A stretch of 64,000 nucleotides of DNA from Eledone cirrhosa (lineage: Eukaryota): NCBI GenBank assembly GCA_964016885.1, contig OZ024743.1, positions 357,678,001 through 357,742,000 of the forward strand, given 5' to 3'. Within the stretch, counting starts at the first letter, position 1, and every line of letters starts with the position of its first letter. Below the pieces are notes generated by a model, which was not told the origin of the DNA, ran no database searches, and was given only the letters and a program-made list of their open reading frames with translations. This document shows, one piece after another, positions 28,081-43,568 of the stretch. The position numbers and the translations under genes were made by a program.

Positions 28081-28773
28081 TTTAAATTAACATCTTCCAC
28101 CATACTTTTATATAAGAATCATATGTTAAGTTATCTTACTTATGAAATAATGAATAATTTTGGTAAATCCCTCAAAATTCTTCATCGGTTGGAATAGAGT
28201 GTATTTCATTAGAAATATGGGCACAAAACAATTAATGAGCAGTAGCAGCAGTTATTTGGTGCAAAGTGAATTCTTCCATCTGTTTAAAATTTAATTCAAC
28301 TTCATTTGAATGTCGTTATAGGCGCCAAAGTGTTATTCTTGTATTGACTTTGATTTTGAGGAAGAGTTCCACTGGGGCAGGGCCTCCAAGATAAATTCTG
28401 CAGCACGGTACAAGACCCCTTTGAGGCCCGAAGCAGGCAAAGATTTTTCTCAAAATGAATGTTGCATGGCTGCTGTGGGGCCTTCTTAGCTTTTGAGCCC
28501 CGGAACAAAGTACCGATTGGACCCCGCCTCACTGCATAGGGCGGTTCAAATAGAGTAACGATGTCTCAAATCATCACCATAATTATGTACATTCAAGTTT
28601 TCCACTGTTAATTCTTTTTTCCTAACATTTCTATCGCCCAGTTACAAATTCAAATAGATACACATGCCTTAGTACTTATTTATCGTATTTTAATTATTTC
28701 CAATCACTTCATTAAGCATCAACAACAACGATTGCGACTACTGCGGTTGCACAAAGCGATATCCAGCTCACTC

Positions 28774-28821
<48 letters not shown>

Positions 28822-28944
28822 CGTTTCTGAATTTGTTTAGCAAGATTCTTTATCTGAAAACGTGTGTTGAAACACACACACAAAAACAAGATGGCGTAGG
28901 ACAGAACAAAGGAGAGGCACAAAAAACAAAGAAAAGAATCCCCA

Positions 28945-28987
28945 GTCACTGAAGAGGTCACAGAATGTGTTACGAAAGAACTTTGAC
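28945..28987 (+). ncRNA. Minimal type I hammerhead ribozyme (orphan pLTR)
   Basis: GTCA CTGAAGA ggtcaca-gaa-tgtgttac GAAA GAAC TT^TGAC; stem I GTCA/TGAC. Confidence 0.65.
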
Positions 28988-29138
28988 AATATATAAACAA
29001 CCATCTGGTTGTGGAACCAGCCAACCAACCGGAAATTTATAAATTCCTAAATTTATAAATTTATTATAATAAATTGAAGTGGAAAGCAACTGGTACGTGT
29101 GTTTCTTATTGGCAACATGACCCTCCCAAAGTATAACA

Positions 29139-29213
<75 letters not shown>

Positions 29214-29225
29214 GTGTGTGTGCAT

Positions 29226-29325
29226 GTAAAAGGTAAACAGAAATAACAACACAATCGGTACAGTATATGGAAGGAATATATTAGGTTAACGGTTGAAATA
29301 GCAGGAAGAGGGTCTTAACGTTTCG
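29226..29325 (-). mobile_element. Truncated solo pLTR (family of 46955 and 49735), cut within the hammerhead
   Basis: Reverse complement of GAAACGTTAAGACCCTCTTCCTGCTATTTCAA...TTACCTTTTAC. Confidence 0.8.
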
Positions 29326-29530
29326 TTAATATATATATATATATATATATTAATATTGTGTGTGTGTGTGCGCGCGCGAGCGCATGTGTGTGCGCGTGCA
29401 CGTGCGTGTCTCTGTGTCTGTATGTGTGCGTGCGTGTGTGTATATGAAATAAACGTTATGACAGAAGTTATATAATCCTATTCATTATATGTATTTCTGT
29501 GACACCGGCATGGAACTGTTATGCAATGAC

Positions 29531-29754
29531 CACAACAGCACTACCACCGGTGTGACGTCATTATATGTTAACACAATTATGTGAGTGGGTTGATATGCTT
29601 GTGTAAATCCGGAGAACATATGTGTTCTCCGGACTTTCGCAAACATGGTGGCATTAGCCCACATCTTTCGGATTTACGCAAACGGTAGTGTTAGCCCATA
29701 GCATAATCGTGTTAACACATAATTGTGTTAACATCTGGTGCCGGTGCTGTTGTG
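29531..29754. repeat. Palindromic, MITE-like foldback element
   Basis: CACAACAGCAC..ATGTTAACACAATTATGTG versus CACATAATTGTGTTAACAT..GTGCTGTTGTG; internal hairpin TCCGGAGAACA-TATG-TGTTCTCCGGA. Confidence 0.6.
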
Positions 29755-30033
29755 ACGACTGCAGGTGTGTTACACTCTTTTAGTATAGAGAGCATGGTTC
29801 CGGCTTTCTACAAGTACCTTTTGAAGAAATAAGAAATGGCTTCCTTAATATCGATCTACATTCTTCTTAACCGATCGATTTCTTTCTAGCCACCCCACCA
29901 TAATTTTTAGGCATAATTTTTAACTATTATTTTAGCGTTTGCTCGCCCTAAAAAAATCTTTTGGATAAAAAATACTTCCCTTACACCATCCGGATTATTT
30001 GCTCTTGATTCGACTCTTTTCTCTTACGTTTAA

Positions 30034-30344
30034 TATGGAAGTTTTACCTGATCCTCTATATTCATTTGATCTTTCTCCATCAGATTATCATCTTTTGTAA
30101 TCATTGCAACATTTTCTAAATGAAAAACAGTTTACCAATCGAGAAGAGGTAAAAATGGACATTGAATCCTTCTTTGCCCTGAAGAATTTTATGCTAGAGG
30201 GATCAACGTCTTGCCAGCCAGATGAGATTATGTTCTTAAAATGAGGAAAAACATTATTTTGATTGAATTTAGCCATCATAACCAAATAAACGTATTTTCC
30301 TTTTCTTGTACAAAATGAGAAAGGGCATTACATCCAACTTAATA
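30034..30344 (+). mobile_element. Mariner (Tc1/mariner) 3' remnant
   Basis: EVLPDPLYSFDLSPSDYHL (YSPDLAPSDY motif), FYARGINVLPAR, TIR-like end CCAACTTAATA followed by TA. Confidence 0.8.
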
Positions 30345-30643
30345 TATATATTTTAATAATACATATATTTCAATAATAGTGTATCACCCTTCCTTTTATT
30401 CTTTTTATTCTTTAAGCTGGTAAGATGTGAACTGAGTGAGAATTGGCTAATATATCTAGCTACTTAAATGAGTACGTATATGATCCCTTGTTCTCTCGTG
30501 TTGTGGTTGTTCAGCGTTATGGTGGTGGTGATAATGAGATTTTTGTCGTTTTAGCAGATCATATATTGATGGTGATGATCATCATGAATATGATCATGCT
30601 GGGGACGGGGCGGCGGCGGCGGCGGTGGTGGTGGCGGTGGTCG

Positions 30644-30674
<31 letters not shown>

Positions 30675-31211
30675 GGCGATGGTAAAGTTGATGATGGAGA
30701 TGATGAAGACCCTGACGACGTATACAACGAGGGTTGTGGTGGCGGTGGTGGTGGTAATGATGATGATGATGATGATAAAGACGGTGATAGCAGTAACTGT
30801 GGTGTTGGTTGTAGTGGCAGTAGATTCCTTCGTCGTGGTGATGGTATTGGCAGGGATCATGCCGTTGTTTTACTGTACGGGGAGAGCGAAGGATGAGTTA
30901 ATGGTGACAGCGTCGCCGTTAAAGTCTTGCTTTCACTCGCCAAACCTAGTGATATATCTAAATGTTTCTAAATGCTGTAAATCTTGTAATTAGTTGTAAT
31001 CTAACTTTATTACAGTAATTTGACGAGTTAAAACAGAACACAAACGAGCGACTTAATCCGAAAACTTGGGCCACTTGGGATTTTATTTGGGATATGGCCT
31101 TAAATGTATGCAACTGATATACGGTTTTCTCGGTCCGACATTTTCTATTGCTCTGGGATTTCGGCTGAGTTTTCGATTCTTCCTATTATTCCACTCTCTA
31201 TCAACTGCTAA

Positions 31212-31291
<80 letters not shown>

Positions 31292-31302
31292 GTATGTGTA
31301 TA

Positions 31303-31383
<81 letters not shown>

Positions 31384-31523
31384 AGATATACTTCCACTCT
31401 CTCTTCTCTGGGTCTTTATTTTCTCCTTCACTCCTTCTTCACCTTTATTTTCTCCTCTTCATCTCCTTCTTTCCCTTATTTTTCTCCTCATTCTTTCTTT
31501 TCAATCCACGGTTCCATCTTTCT

Positions 31524-31636
<113 letters not shown>

Positions 31637-32066
31637 GTAATTTTTTTTGTCTTATTCTTTATTTCTTTATCTGTCTTTACTTTTATTCACTTTTCATCCA
31701 ATATTTTCATTTTCCTATTTCCTCTTTCTTCTCATCATCATTCTATTATGATACAGTTCCTTCTTTTTCCCTATCGTTATTTCCTTCTTTTCTTATTTTC
31801 TTCTTATCTCACTTTTTATCCCCTTCCCCATCGTACATTTCTATTTCTATTTAATTTAATTAAAGAAGAAATTTGATAGATTTACAGAAGTTATTAATTA
31901 CTACATTACTAAGATAATAGTTGTTCTTTTCCAACTTATTCAGCACATGCTTCTCATCATATTCACCCTAGCACTTTGTTTTGTTCTTTTTGAAGTCTGG
32001 TATATATTATGTCGATCTCCCTGTTGTTGAATCGCTAAGTTATGGGACAAATACAGAGATAAACGT

Positions 32067-32124
<58 letters not shown>

Positions 32125-32496
32125 CACATTCATCACATAATTTAACACAGATCTTAATTATCAATCTTCTATATTCAGTCATTTAATGAATAAATAAACA
32201 ATCAAGAAGAAAATGTTTTGTTTAGTTTTTTTCAGTTTTTCAAATTTTTCTTGATTATCATTTTCTTCCAGTCCCATTTAATTCAATTTATTGCAAACCA
32301 GTTTTGATACCTATTCAATGTGTGTTTCTTTTGGATGTGATTTGAGATAGATTTGGCTACTATTTCTGGTAACTCAAACGATCCCGTCAACAATTTCTTA
32401 TTAACAAGTTTATGTTGTCCGAGAGTACGACGCCCCCTGGCGAGAATGGGCTGGACCACTAGATATATGTAGTAGTGACCTGAGTAAGTGGCTAGA

Positions 32497-33977
32497 GTTG
32501 GTACTAGTTCCACAGTTCGTGTGTTGATAGTCAAAGTTGGTACTAGTTCCACAGTTCGTGTTGAGAGTCAAAGTTGGTACTAGTTCCACAGTTCGTATGT
32601 TGATAGTCAAAGTTGGTACTAGTTCCACAGTTGGTGTGTTGATAGTCAAAGTTGGTACTAGTTCCACAGTTCGTGTGTTGATAGTCAAAGTTGGTACTAG
32701 TTCCACAGTTGGTGTGTTGATAGTCAAAGTTGGTACTAGTTCCACAGTTCGTATGTTGATAGTCAAAGTTGGTACTAGTTCCACAGTTCGTGTGTTGATA
32801 GTCAAAGTTGGTACTAGTTCCACAGTTGGTGTGTTGATAGTCAAAGTTGGTACTAGTTCCACAGTTCGTGTGTTGATAGTCAAAGTTGGTACTAGTTCCA
32901 CAGTTCGTGTGTTGATAGTCAAAGTTGGTACTAGTTCCACAGTTCGTGTGTTGAGAGTCAAAGTTGGTACTAGTTCCACAGTTCGTATGTTGATAGTCAA
33001 AGTTGGTACTAGTTCCACAGTTCGTGTGTTGATAGTCAAAGTTGGTACTAGTTCCACAGTTCGTGTGTTGAGAGTCAAAGTTGGTACTAGTTCCACAGTT
33101 GGTGTGTTGATAGTCAAAGTTGGTACTAGTTCCACAGTTCATGTGTTGATAGTCAACGTTGGTACTAGTTCCACAGTTCGTGTGTTGATAGTCAAAGTTG
33201 GTACTAGTTCCACAGTTCGTGTGTTGAGAGTCAAAGTCGGTACTAGTTCCACAGTTCGTGTGTTGATAGTCAACGTTGGTACTAGTTCCACAGTTGGTGT
33301 GTTGATAGTCAAAGTTGGTACTAGTTCCACAGTTCGTGTGTTGATAGTCAACGTTGGTACTAGTTCCACAGTTCGTGTGTTGATAGTCAAAGTTGGTACT
33401 AGTTCCACAGTTCGTGTGTTGATAGTCAAAGTTGGTACTAGTTCCACAGTTGGTGTGTTGATAGTCAAAGTTGGTACTAGTTCCACAGTTGGTGTGTTGA
33501 TAGTCAAAGTTGGTACTAGTTCCACAGTTCATGTGTTGATAGTCAACGTTGGTACTAGTTCCACAGTTCATGTGTTGAGAGTCAAAGTCGGTACTAGTTC
33601 CACAGTTCGTGTGTTGATAGTCAAAGTTGGTACTAGTTCCACAGTTCATGTGTTGATAGTCAAAGTTGGTACTAGTTCCACAGTTCATGTGTTGATAGTC
33701 AAAGTTGGTACTAGTTCCACAGTTGGTGTGTTGATAGTCAAAGTTGGTACTAGTTCCACAGTTCATGTGTTGATAGTCAACGTTGGTACTAGTTCCACAG
33801 TTCATGTGTTGAGAGTCAAAGTCGGTACTAGTTCCACAGTTCGTGTGTTGATAGTCAAAGTTGGTACTAGTTCCACAGTTCATGTGTTGATAGTCAAAGT
33901 TGGTACTAGTTCCACAGTTCATGTGTTGATAGTCAAAGTTGGTACTAGTTCCACAGTTCGTGTGTTGATAGTCAAAG
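32497..33977. repeat. 39-bp minisatellite (GTTGGTACTAGTTCCACAGTTCGTGTGTTGATAGTCAAA), about 38 copies
   Basis: Contiguous units without spacers. Confidence 0.98.
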
Positions 33978-34319
33978 CTGGAGTTCAAGTTCACAGTTCG
34001 AGTTAGCATGTTGGATTGTTGGTTCTTAAAAGATTATTGTTCGATTATGTGTGATTATTGCCGTTTGTTTCGATTATGTTGTTATTGCACTGTTGCAGTG
34101 TATTGGTTTAACCATAAGGACATATCAGTTTGCATGTTTGTTGAGATTTACTGTCACCTAATTCAACCAAAATAGTTCGATAACATAAATAGCGGTTCGA
34201 CAAAAAGAAATCGATAAAACAAGTATCAGATTTGAAATAATTAAGTACTGAAGTCGATATAATCGACTAAATCCATATACTAGCATAGCCCCCATCACGA
34301 CCAACACACTATCGTACAA

Positions 34320-35135
34320 CCTAGCACTACCATCACCATCATACTTAGCACTCCCAACACTTCACTACCAGCTGTCCCAGTATCACTACCACCACCTACA
34401 CTATCATCCACCACCACTACCACCACCACCACTACCACCTCTACACTGACACTCGCCCCAACACCACCACCACCACCACCACTACTACTCCTACACTGAC
34501 ACTGGCCCCACCACCGCCACCACCACCACCACCACCATCACCACCACCACCATCACCGCCACCACTACTACCACCCCTACACTGACACTCGCCCCACCAC
34601 CACCACCACCATCACCACCACCACTACTACCACCCCTACACTGACACTCCCCCACCCCCATCACCACCACCACTAACACCCCACCACCACCACTACCACC
34701 AACACCACCACCACCACTACTACTACCACCTCTACACTGACAATCGCCCCACCACCACCAGCCTACACTGACACTCGCCCCACCAACACCACTACCAGCA
34801 CCAGCACCACCACCACCACCACTACCACCCCAACACCAACACCACCACCACTACCACCCCAACACCAACACCACTACCAGCACCAGCACCAGCACCAGCA
34901 CCAGCACCAGCACCACTACCACCCCAACACCACCACCACCACCACTACCACCCCAACACCAACACCACTACCAGCATCAGCACCAGCACCAGCACCAGCA
35001 CCAGCACCACTACCACCCCAACACCAACACCACCACCACTACCACCCCAACACCAACACCACTACCAGCACCAGCACCAGCACCAGCACCAGCACCAGCA
35101 CCACTACCACCCCAACACCACCACCACCACTACCA
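34320..35135. repeat. (CAC/CAA/CTA)-derived low-complexity tract
   Basis: Visible. Confidence 0.9.
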
Positions 35136-35377
35136 CATCAGTCATTTAGACCGTCACTCCGTCAGTTTCTGTACCACAGACCGTTTCCTGACAAAATGAA
35201 AGACGATGTGAAAGGTGAGAGTTCAAAGAGGAGCGGTGGCAGTCATATTATTCATCACTGGGCCCTTTATAGGTGCATATGGGCACATATGTAATGGGTA
35301 AAGACGGGAGGGCTACAGGGCCAACATGGTGTCACACGATTAGAATAGGGTTGTGTATGTGTTTGTGCGTAAGGGAA

Positions 35378-37670
<2,293 letters not shown>

Positions 37671-37679
37671 CTTTATTGC

Positions 37680-37925
37680 AACGCTCAGTGTTCAAATCAT
37701 GCCGAGGTCAACTTTACCTTTCATCTTTTTGGGGGGTTTTCTTGAGTGAATAAACAAAGCAGCGTAGACGGCGAGTTGGCAGAGTTGTTAGAATATCGGA
37801 AAGAATATTTTATGTTATTCGTTTCGGTTCTCTGCTCTCCGAGTTCAAATCCCGCAGAGGTCACCTTTGCTTTTTATCCTTTCAAGGTCGATAAAAAAAA
37901 GTACCAGTCTAGTACTGGGGTCGAT
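37680..37925 (+). mobile_element. Two older, diverged SINE copies
   Basis: GTTCAAATC..GAGGTCAACTTT..CCTTTCATC core twice. Confidence 0.75.
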
Positions 37926-38138
37926 TCTTCCTCTTATATCTCTTTCTCATTTCCTCTTTCTCACTTTCTATATCTCTTTTTATCTTTCCCTGGAAGAAAT
38001 CTGCTATACTCAGGCCTGGAAAGGGATGGGCTCCACCAGGTTTTAAATGCCCACAAAACGCCATATGTCAGTACGGCGCCTCTACGACTCTGTCGGGAGT
38101 TACGGGAGAATATATCATACCAAACAAAGTACCAGGAT

Positions 38139-38188
<50 letters not shown>

Positions 38189-38499
38189 ATTTCCCCTCCT
38201 ACGCTCTCCTCTTTCTATCTTTCTCTCCCCCTCCTTCTCTCTCTCTCTCGTTTCTTATCGTTGGAAGAAATCGGCAGTTTTCTGACCACTTGAGCGATAG
38301 GTTACACCAGGTCTTAAATGCCCAAGTCGTGCCGTGTGTCAAGATGGCGCCCTACGACTCCATCATTGAGATTGTACCGTTTGACCAATTTCTGTTTTAG
38401 TCTGGCCTCTTTGGCGTTTATGGTGGTAGAGTAAGTAGTGGCGTGAGGTGTTAGTGGTATGTAGGGGTGTTGTCGTTGGTGTGTGTTGTGGCATTGAGG

Positions 38500-39360
38500 T
38501 GAATGATGGTGGTGGTGGTGGTGGTGGTGGTGGTAATGGCGTGTGGCTGAGGTTGTAATGAATTATGTGTCTGTGGTAGTTGTAATGGTGGCAGTGATGG
38601 TATGTGTGGTAGTTGTAATGGTGGTAGTGATGGTGTGTGTGGTAGTGGTGGTGTGTGTGGTAGTGGTAATGCTGGTGGTGGTGGTGTGTGTGGTAGTTGT
38701 AATGGTGGTAGTAATGGTGTATGTGGTAGTGGTGGTGTGTGTGGTAGTTGTAATGGTGGTAGTGGTGGTATGTGTGGTAGTTGTAATGGTGGCAGTGATG
38801 GTATGTGTGGTAGTTGTAATAGTGGTAGTAGTAATGGTGGTTATGATGAGGTATGTGGTAGTTGTAATGGTGGTAGTGTTGGTGTGTGTGGTAGTGGTAA
38901 TGGTGTTAGTGGTGGTGTGTGTGGTAGTTGTAATGGTATGTGTGGTAGTTGTAATGGTGATAGTGGTAGTGATGGCGTGTGTGGTAGTGGTAATGGTGGT
39001 AGTGGCAGTGGTAATTGTGATAGTGGTAGTGATGGTGTGTGTGGTAGTGGTAATGGTAGTGATGGCGTGTGTGGTAGTGGTAATGATGGTAGTGGCAGTG
39101 GTAATGGTGATAGTGGTAGTGATGGTGTGTGTGGTAGTGGTAATGGTGGTAGTGGTAGTGGTGGTAGTGGTAATGGTGGTAGTGGTAGTGTTAATGGTAA
39201 TAGTGGTAGTGATGGCGTGTGTGGTAGTGGTAATGGTGGTAGTGGCAGTGGTAATGGTGGTAGTGGTAGTGATGGTGTGTGTGGTAGTGGTAATGGTGGT
39301 AGTAGTAGTGGTGTTAGTTGTAATGGTGGTAGTAAGAGGCGGTGGTGGTAGTGGTGGTGA
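38500..39360. repeat. (GTG/GTA)-derived compound tandem repeat
   Basis: Units such as GTGTGTGTGGTAGTGGTAATGGTGGTAGTGATG. Confidence 0.9.
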
Positions 39361-39663
39361 GATGTGTTATAGGGGTGTTCAGATGGTTGAAATTGTAGTG
39401 TGTCTGATATTAGTTGTGGTGATGATGGTGAGTGTGCTGGTGATAGTAAGGGTTATGTTGACTATCCACATGTGTGTGGTAGTGGTGGTGGTGGTGGAGG
39501 TGTGGGGGAGGGGGGTTTAGTAGCGTTGATAGTGATTGTTATTAGGCTAGTAGTGATTGTTATAGGAGTGGAAGTGATGATGATCATCGTCGTCATTATA
39601 AAGGGAATTGTAGTTAGTGAATTGTAGTAAATGAATAAATCTATAAATACGTATTTCTAAACG

Positions 39664-39821
39664 ATAATTGTTTCTACTTTAGGCACAAGGCCAGCAATTA
39701 TCGCAGTGTATTACTGCTACTTTATTTTATCGAACCCGTAAGGATGAAAGGCAAAGATAACCTCGGCGTGATTTGAACTCAGATCATAAAGGGCCGTAAC
39801 TCTATGCTGCAAAGCATGGCG
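39664..39821 (-). mobile_element. tRNA-derived SINE, 5'-truncated
   Basis: Same family core and tail. Confidence 0.88.
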
Positions 39822-39974
39822 TGGTGGTGGTCGTGGCAGTGGTAATGGTGATGCCAAGTGAACCAATCAGTATTAACGCATAAATAATATAAAGTAATTA
39901 ATATCTTGGAGTTTAAATCTCAACAAGGTGAACTTCCCGGTGCTCAGTATCAGTCTTGTATTAAAGGGTTAAAG

Positions 39975-40265
39975 ACTCCCTTCGGCCAGGAATGACCATG
40001 GGATTTGCTCCTAGAAAGTTCTCCTCCGAGACACAAGTCCAGGTAAGATTGTTTGTGGAAGACCAGCAGTCACCCATGCATACTAGTCTCCTCTCTCCAC
40101 GCTACCGATGTTGTTCAAGAGAAAGGCAATGGCCGATTCAACTTGTCACCAGTGACGTCGCAACTCATTTCTACAGCTGAGTGAACTGGAACAACGTGAA
40201 ATAAAGTGTCTTGCTCAAGAACATAACGCAAATCCCGGTCCGAGAATGGAACTCACAACCTTACG
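39975..40265 (-). mobile_element. Second SINE family (Meta/MESC-like domain)
   Basis: Minus: GTGAGTTCCATTCTC B-box-like, CTTGAGCAAGACACTTTATTTCAC..CCAGTTCACTCAGCTGTAGAAATGAG. Confidence 0.65.
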
Positions 40266-40293
40266 CTCCATTATTATTACATTATTAGACTAT

Positions 40294-40509
40294 GAGAGCG
40301 ATGGGTTGGCGTCGCTAGAGCCTCGGGCAATATGCTTTACGGAGTAGAGTTACAGTTCTGTACGTTCTGAGTTCAAATCCCTCCGAGGTTAGCTTTACCT
40401 TTCATCCTTACGGGGTCGATAAAATAAAGTACCAGTAATGCAGTGGGGTCGATTTAATTGACTTTGCCCTCCCCTTCAAATTGTTAGCCTTGTGCCAAAT
40501 GTAAAAACA
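40294..40509 (+). mobile_element. tRNA-derived SINE with 13-bp TSD ATTATTAGACTAT
   Basis: TSD at 40281 and 40510; B box and core present. Confidence 0.88.
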
Positions 40510-40676
40510 ATTATTAGACTATTTCATTTAGTCAAAGTTACGGCGAAATCTTCTAATTCAACTTTCAAATTCCGCTGTCTGTTTGCTAAACACACATGCT
40601 TTCTATTTTTATATTTATATACTACGCATAGTATTGGATACATTTTGTATAGGTAATTCTTACTGAGGTATTATTG

Positions 40677-40715
<39 letters not shown>

Positions 40716-41113
40716 AATATGATAATAATGAGCTGCGCGTTGCAAATGGGGTACATATGAAAAAGTAAGTCCTTCATCAGTGACCCTCCAACCGTCCCAG
40801 GCATTTCATCGCTTTAAGGGCCATATACCTCAGGTTGGTGCAAACAACGGCTAAAAAAAGTCGTTGGGACACGTAAATAAAGGGGACGTTAGGGTAACAA
40901 ACAAAATGGTTTAAGCAACGGAAAGTGAGAAGAAAGAGACAAGTCCCAGATTTCTATGAATATAAACTCGGTGAAATCGTGAACGAGAGACAAAAGACCA
41001 TCAAACCTGGTTGAAATGTGAGCAAGGAAGGAATTTCGCACAGGTCTAACGGGGGGAAGAAGAATAAGGGGTCTGGTCTACGAATTCGGTAAACATAAGT
41101 TTTGTGAAGTCGC

Positions 41114-41169
<56 letters not shown>

Positions 41170-41207
41170 AATGTTCATACCGGCTTGACCAAGAACGCGC
41201 GAGAAAA

Positions 41208-41245
<38 letters not shown>

Positions 41246-41312
41246 TTTTATACTCTGCTATGTATTGAGTACCTTACTTACTGTGGTTACCTCCGATTCA
41301 ACCCGGAATAAC

Positions 41313-41355
<43 letters not shown>

Positions 41356-41369
41356 TATATATATATATA

Positions 41370-43129
41370 TGAGAGTATTGAAGTTTGCTTGAAGCATTGT
41401 GGAATAATAAAAAATTTGGTTACTTTGGAAGCCTCAACAATGCAGATGGGTAAATCTCCGGGTAACAGAATCCGGTGGTGAAGAGAGAGATATAAGAGGA
41501 AATGTAGAATGAGTCGTATAGTGTGTAGAGGAACGTAGGAAAGAGCGTAAAAATAAAAATAATAACACGAGATAGAGTTACCTTGGGAGAAATTTAATTG
41601 TCCCTATATTTCGGATTTCGCATCCATCAACTGGAGGGTTTTCCGAGGGAGAAAGTTATCTGTCGGAGAGGAACGGTACGTGGCTTCTGTTGTCCGCCGT
41701 TTGTATGCAACTGAGATATTCTGTAGAGCGCGCGCGCGAAATAGGTGCGGTCAAGCAAAGGTCGAGGCAGTTCCTCTTTACTATGGGAGTGGGATGGTGC
41801 TTCACTGTCCATCCATTATACTACCTATATTCAGTCGTTGATACTGGGAGTGTTGGTCGGTGGATGGTGGGCGCGTATACACACAATAACAATTGTTCGA
41901 ATGTCACTGTATGTGCGTGTGCGCGTGCGTGTGCTGTTGTCTCGTTTGTTTACACCAGGACCCCGTCTCGCTTCTCTCGGATCGGTTATTTATTTGTGGT
42001 CCTAGGCGTTTGATCCAAAGTGCTTCCTTGATTCGTAACGTGCCGACGTTGCGTTCTGTCGCTAGCACTGTGACAAAGAGCCTTCCGTCTTTGTTTCCGC
42101 ATTTGGAAAGACGAGGCCCTGGTGTTGATGTGCTCCTTGATCCGGATATGTAGTGGCCGGATTGTGCTACCGATATAGTAGTGGTTGCACTTGTCACATT
42201 CTACCCTCTATACAACGTACGTGCGTAAGCAACAGTTCGTTTGGCGCATCGAACAGTTTCTGAGGGAACACGCGTCAGTCGATTTCCCGGGTTTCCTGGA
42301 GAGGCATCTCCGTAGGTAGGGGCCCGAGTGGGCCAGGTGGATGTCGAGGCCCTCTCTCCGTATAGCCCTGCGGATAGCGTTGGTGGTTTTTTTTGCCCAG
42401 GTGCGGGATTTTAAGGAAGCACTTGCCTTGGGTGTTTCTCTGCCTCTTGCGTCTGGTGTCTCTTACTCTGTTTTTAAGCGAGGCTGGGTTTCCGTTCGTC
42501 TCCAGCACCCTGAGGAACCGCTTGGTATGGGTGACACCACTCACGGGATCGCTACATCGGTTTTTAATTCCCGTTATCTCGTTCGTGATGTACCCTCTTT
42601 TAGCACTGTTACGGAGGGCAGACTTGTAGTGGACGAACAAGTCCCTGCAGGCTGCCTTGCGTTGGTGTGGATCCCTCCCTGCTCCGTGATTCGGAAGTCG
42701 AGCAGGGCAAGGGATCCGTCATCGTTGGGGTGTTCAACACTGAAGTCAATATTCTCGTCCGTGTTGCTGAACGTCTCGTAAATCCCGCTCGCCATCTCTT
42801 GGGAAGATGTGAGGATGAGGATGTTTTCCACGTATCTAGAGAAGAAGGCGATGGCGTTGGGGTGGCAGGTGTCGAGTGCCTTGCACTCGAGGCCGTCCAT
42901 ATACGAGATCGCTAGCACACCCGACAGGCTTGAGTCCATGGGCAGCCCTGAGGTTTGGTCGAGAAAACCGAAATACGTGTTGTCAACTACGACGGATAGG
43001 AGCTGGTGGATGTCAGTGGGAGTGAGCCCGAAGCAGTGTAGGTCGGTAGATTGAACGCGTTTCATCAGTATATCAACGGCTGGGAGCGCCGGGACCGATG
43101 TGCAAGGAACGACCACAGCAAGACTGAAA

Positions 43130-43131
<2 letters not shown>
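41370..43131 (-). mobile_element. 5'-truncated Penelope-like element of a different (non-Naiad) clade, between (TA)n tracts
   Basis: QTSGLPMDSSLS, FFSRYVEN (YVDD-like), LALLDF, HYKSAL, CSLRNC..VVYRVECDKCNHYYIGSTIRPLHIRIKEH, EALWI..INNRSE. Confidence 0.9.
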
Positions 43132-43169
<38 letters not shown>

Positions 43170-43171
<2 letters not shown>

Positions 43172-43211
43172 ATACTGACGATGTTGCAGATGTGCAACGA
43201 AAGATTTATGT
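43170..43211 (+). ncRNA. Minimal type I hammerhead ribozyme
   Basis: ACATA CTGACGA t GTTGCA gatg TGCAAC GAAA GA TT^TATGT; stem I ACATA/TATGT. Confidence 0.7.
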
Positions 43212-43425
43212 AAACTATATATATATGTGTTTGTCTATATTGTATCTGTATTATTTTTGACCGCCGGTCAGTCAATGGCAACATTGAGGACCGAGTAAGT
43301 TAGATCGCAGATATATATATATAAAAGACAGCGAGAAGCGAAAACCAACCAAACAGTGAGTGTGTTCTGTTATTAATTCTGGCAATATTACGCAAATATG
43401 ACCCTCCCCAAATATAACAATAAAC

Positions 43426-43457
<32 letters not shown>

Positions 43458-43568
43458 ATGTATGTATGTATATGTAAATATATATATACACACACACATA
43501 TATATATATATAAAACAGGAAAGAAGAGTGACAAGTTTTGCTATACAAAAAAGGTTTTTAATCTCATT

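Noticed and set aside
32497-33977. CRISPR array
   Set aside because: Contiguous repeats with no unique spacers, no cas genes, eukaryotic context.
35133-35262. C/D snoRNA on the minus strand (GTGATGA...GACGGTCTAAA-TGA-CTGA; 11 nt complementary to a 28S segment as I recall it)
   Set aside because: Guide-to-D-box spacing does not fit the +5 rule for the known site, and an 11-nt match is expected by chance; snoScan would settle it.
38602-39351. Gly/Ser/Cys-rich structural protein ORF
   Set aside because: Derived from a GTG/GTA compound repeat; the overlapping frame is poly-Val; no signal peptide or splice context.
40730-40790. Minus-strand CTGATGAAGGAC candidate (and TTGATGG..GAAATATA at 41605-41635)
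   Set aside because: Cores too degenerate to call, although they lie at PLE-like 3' regions.
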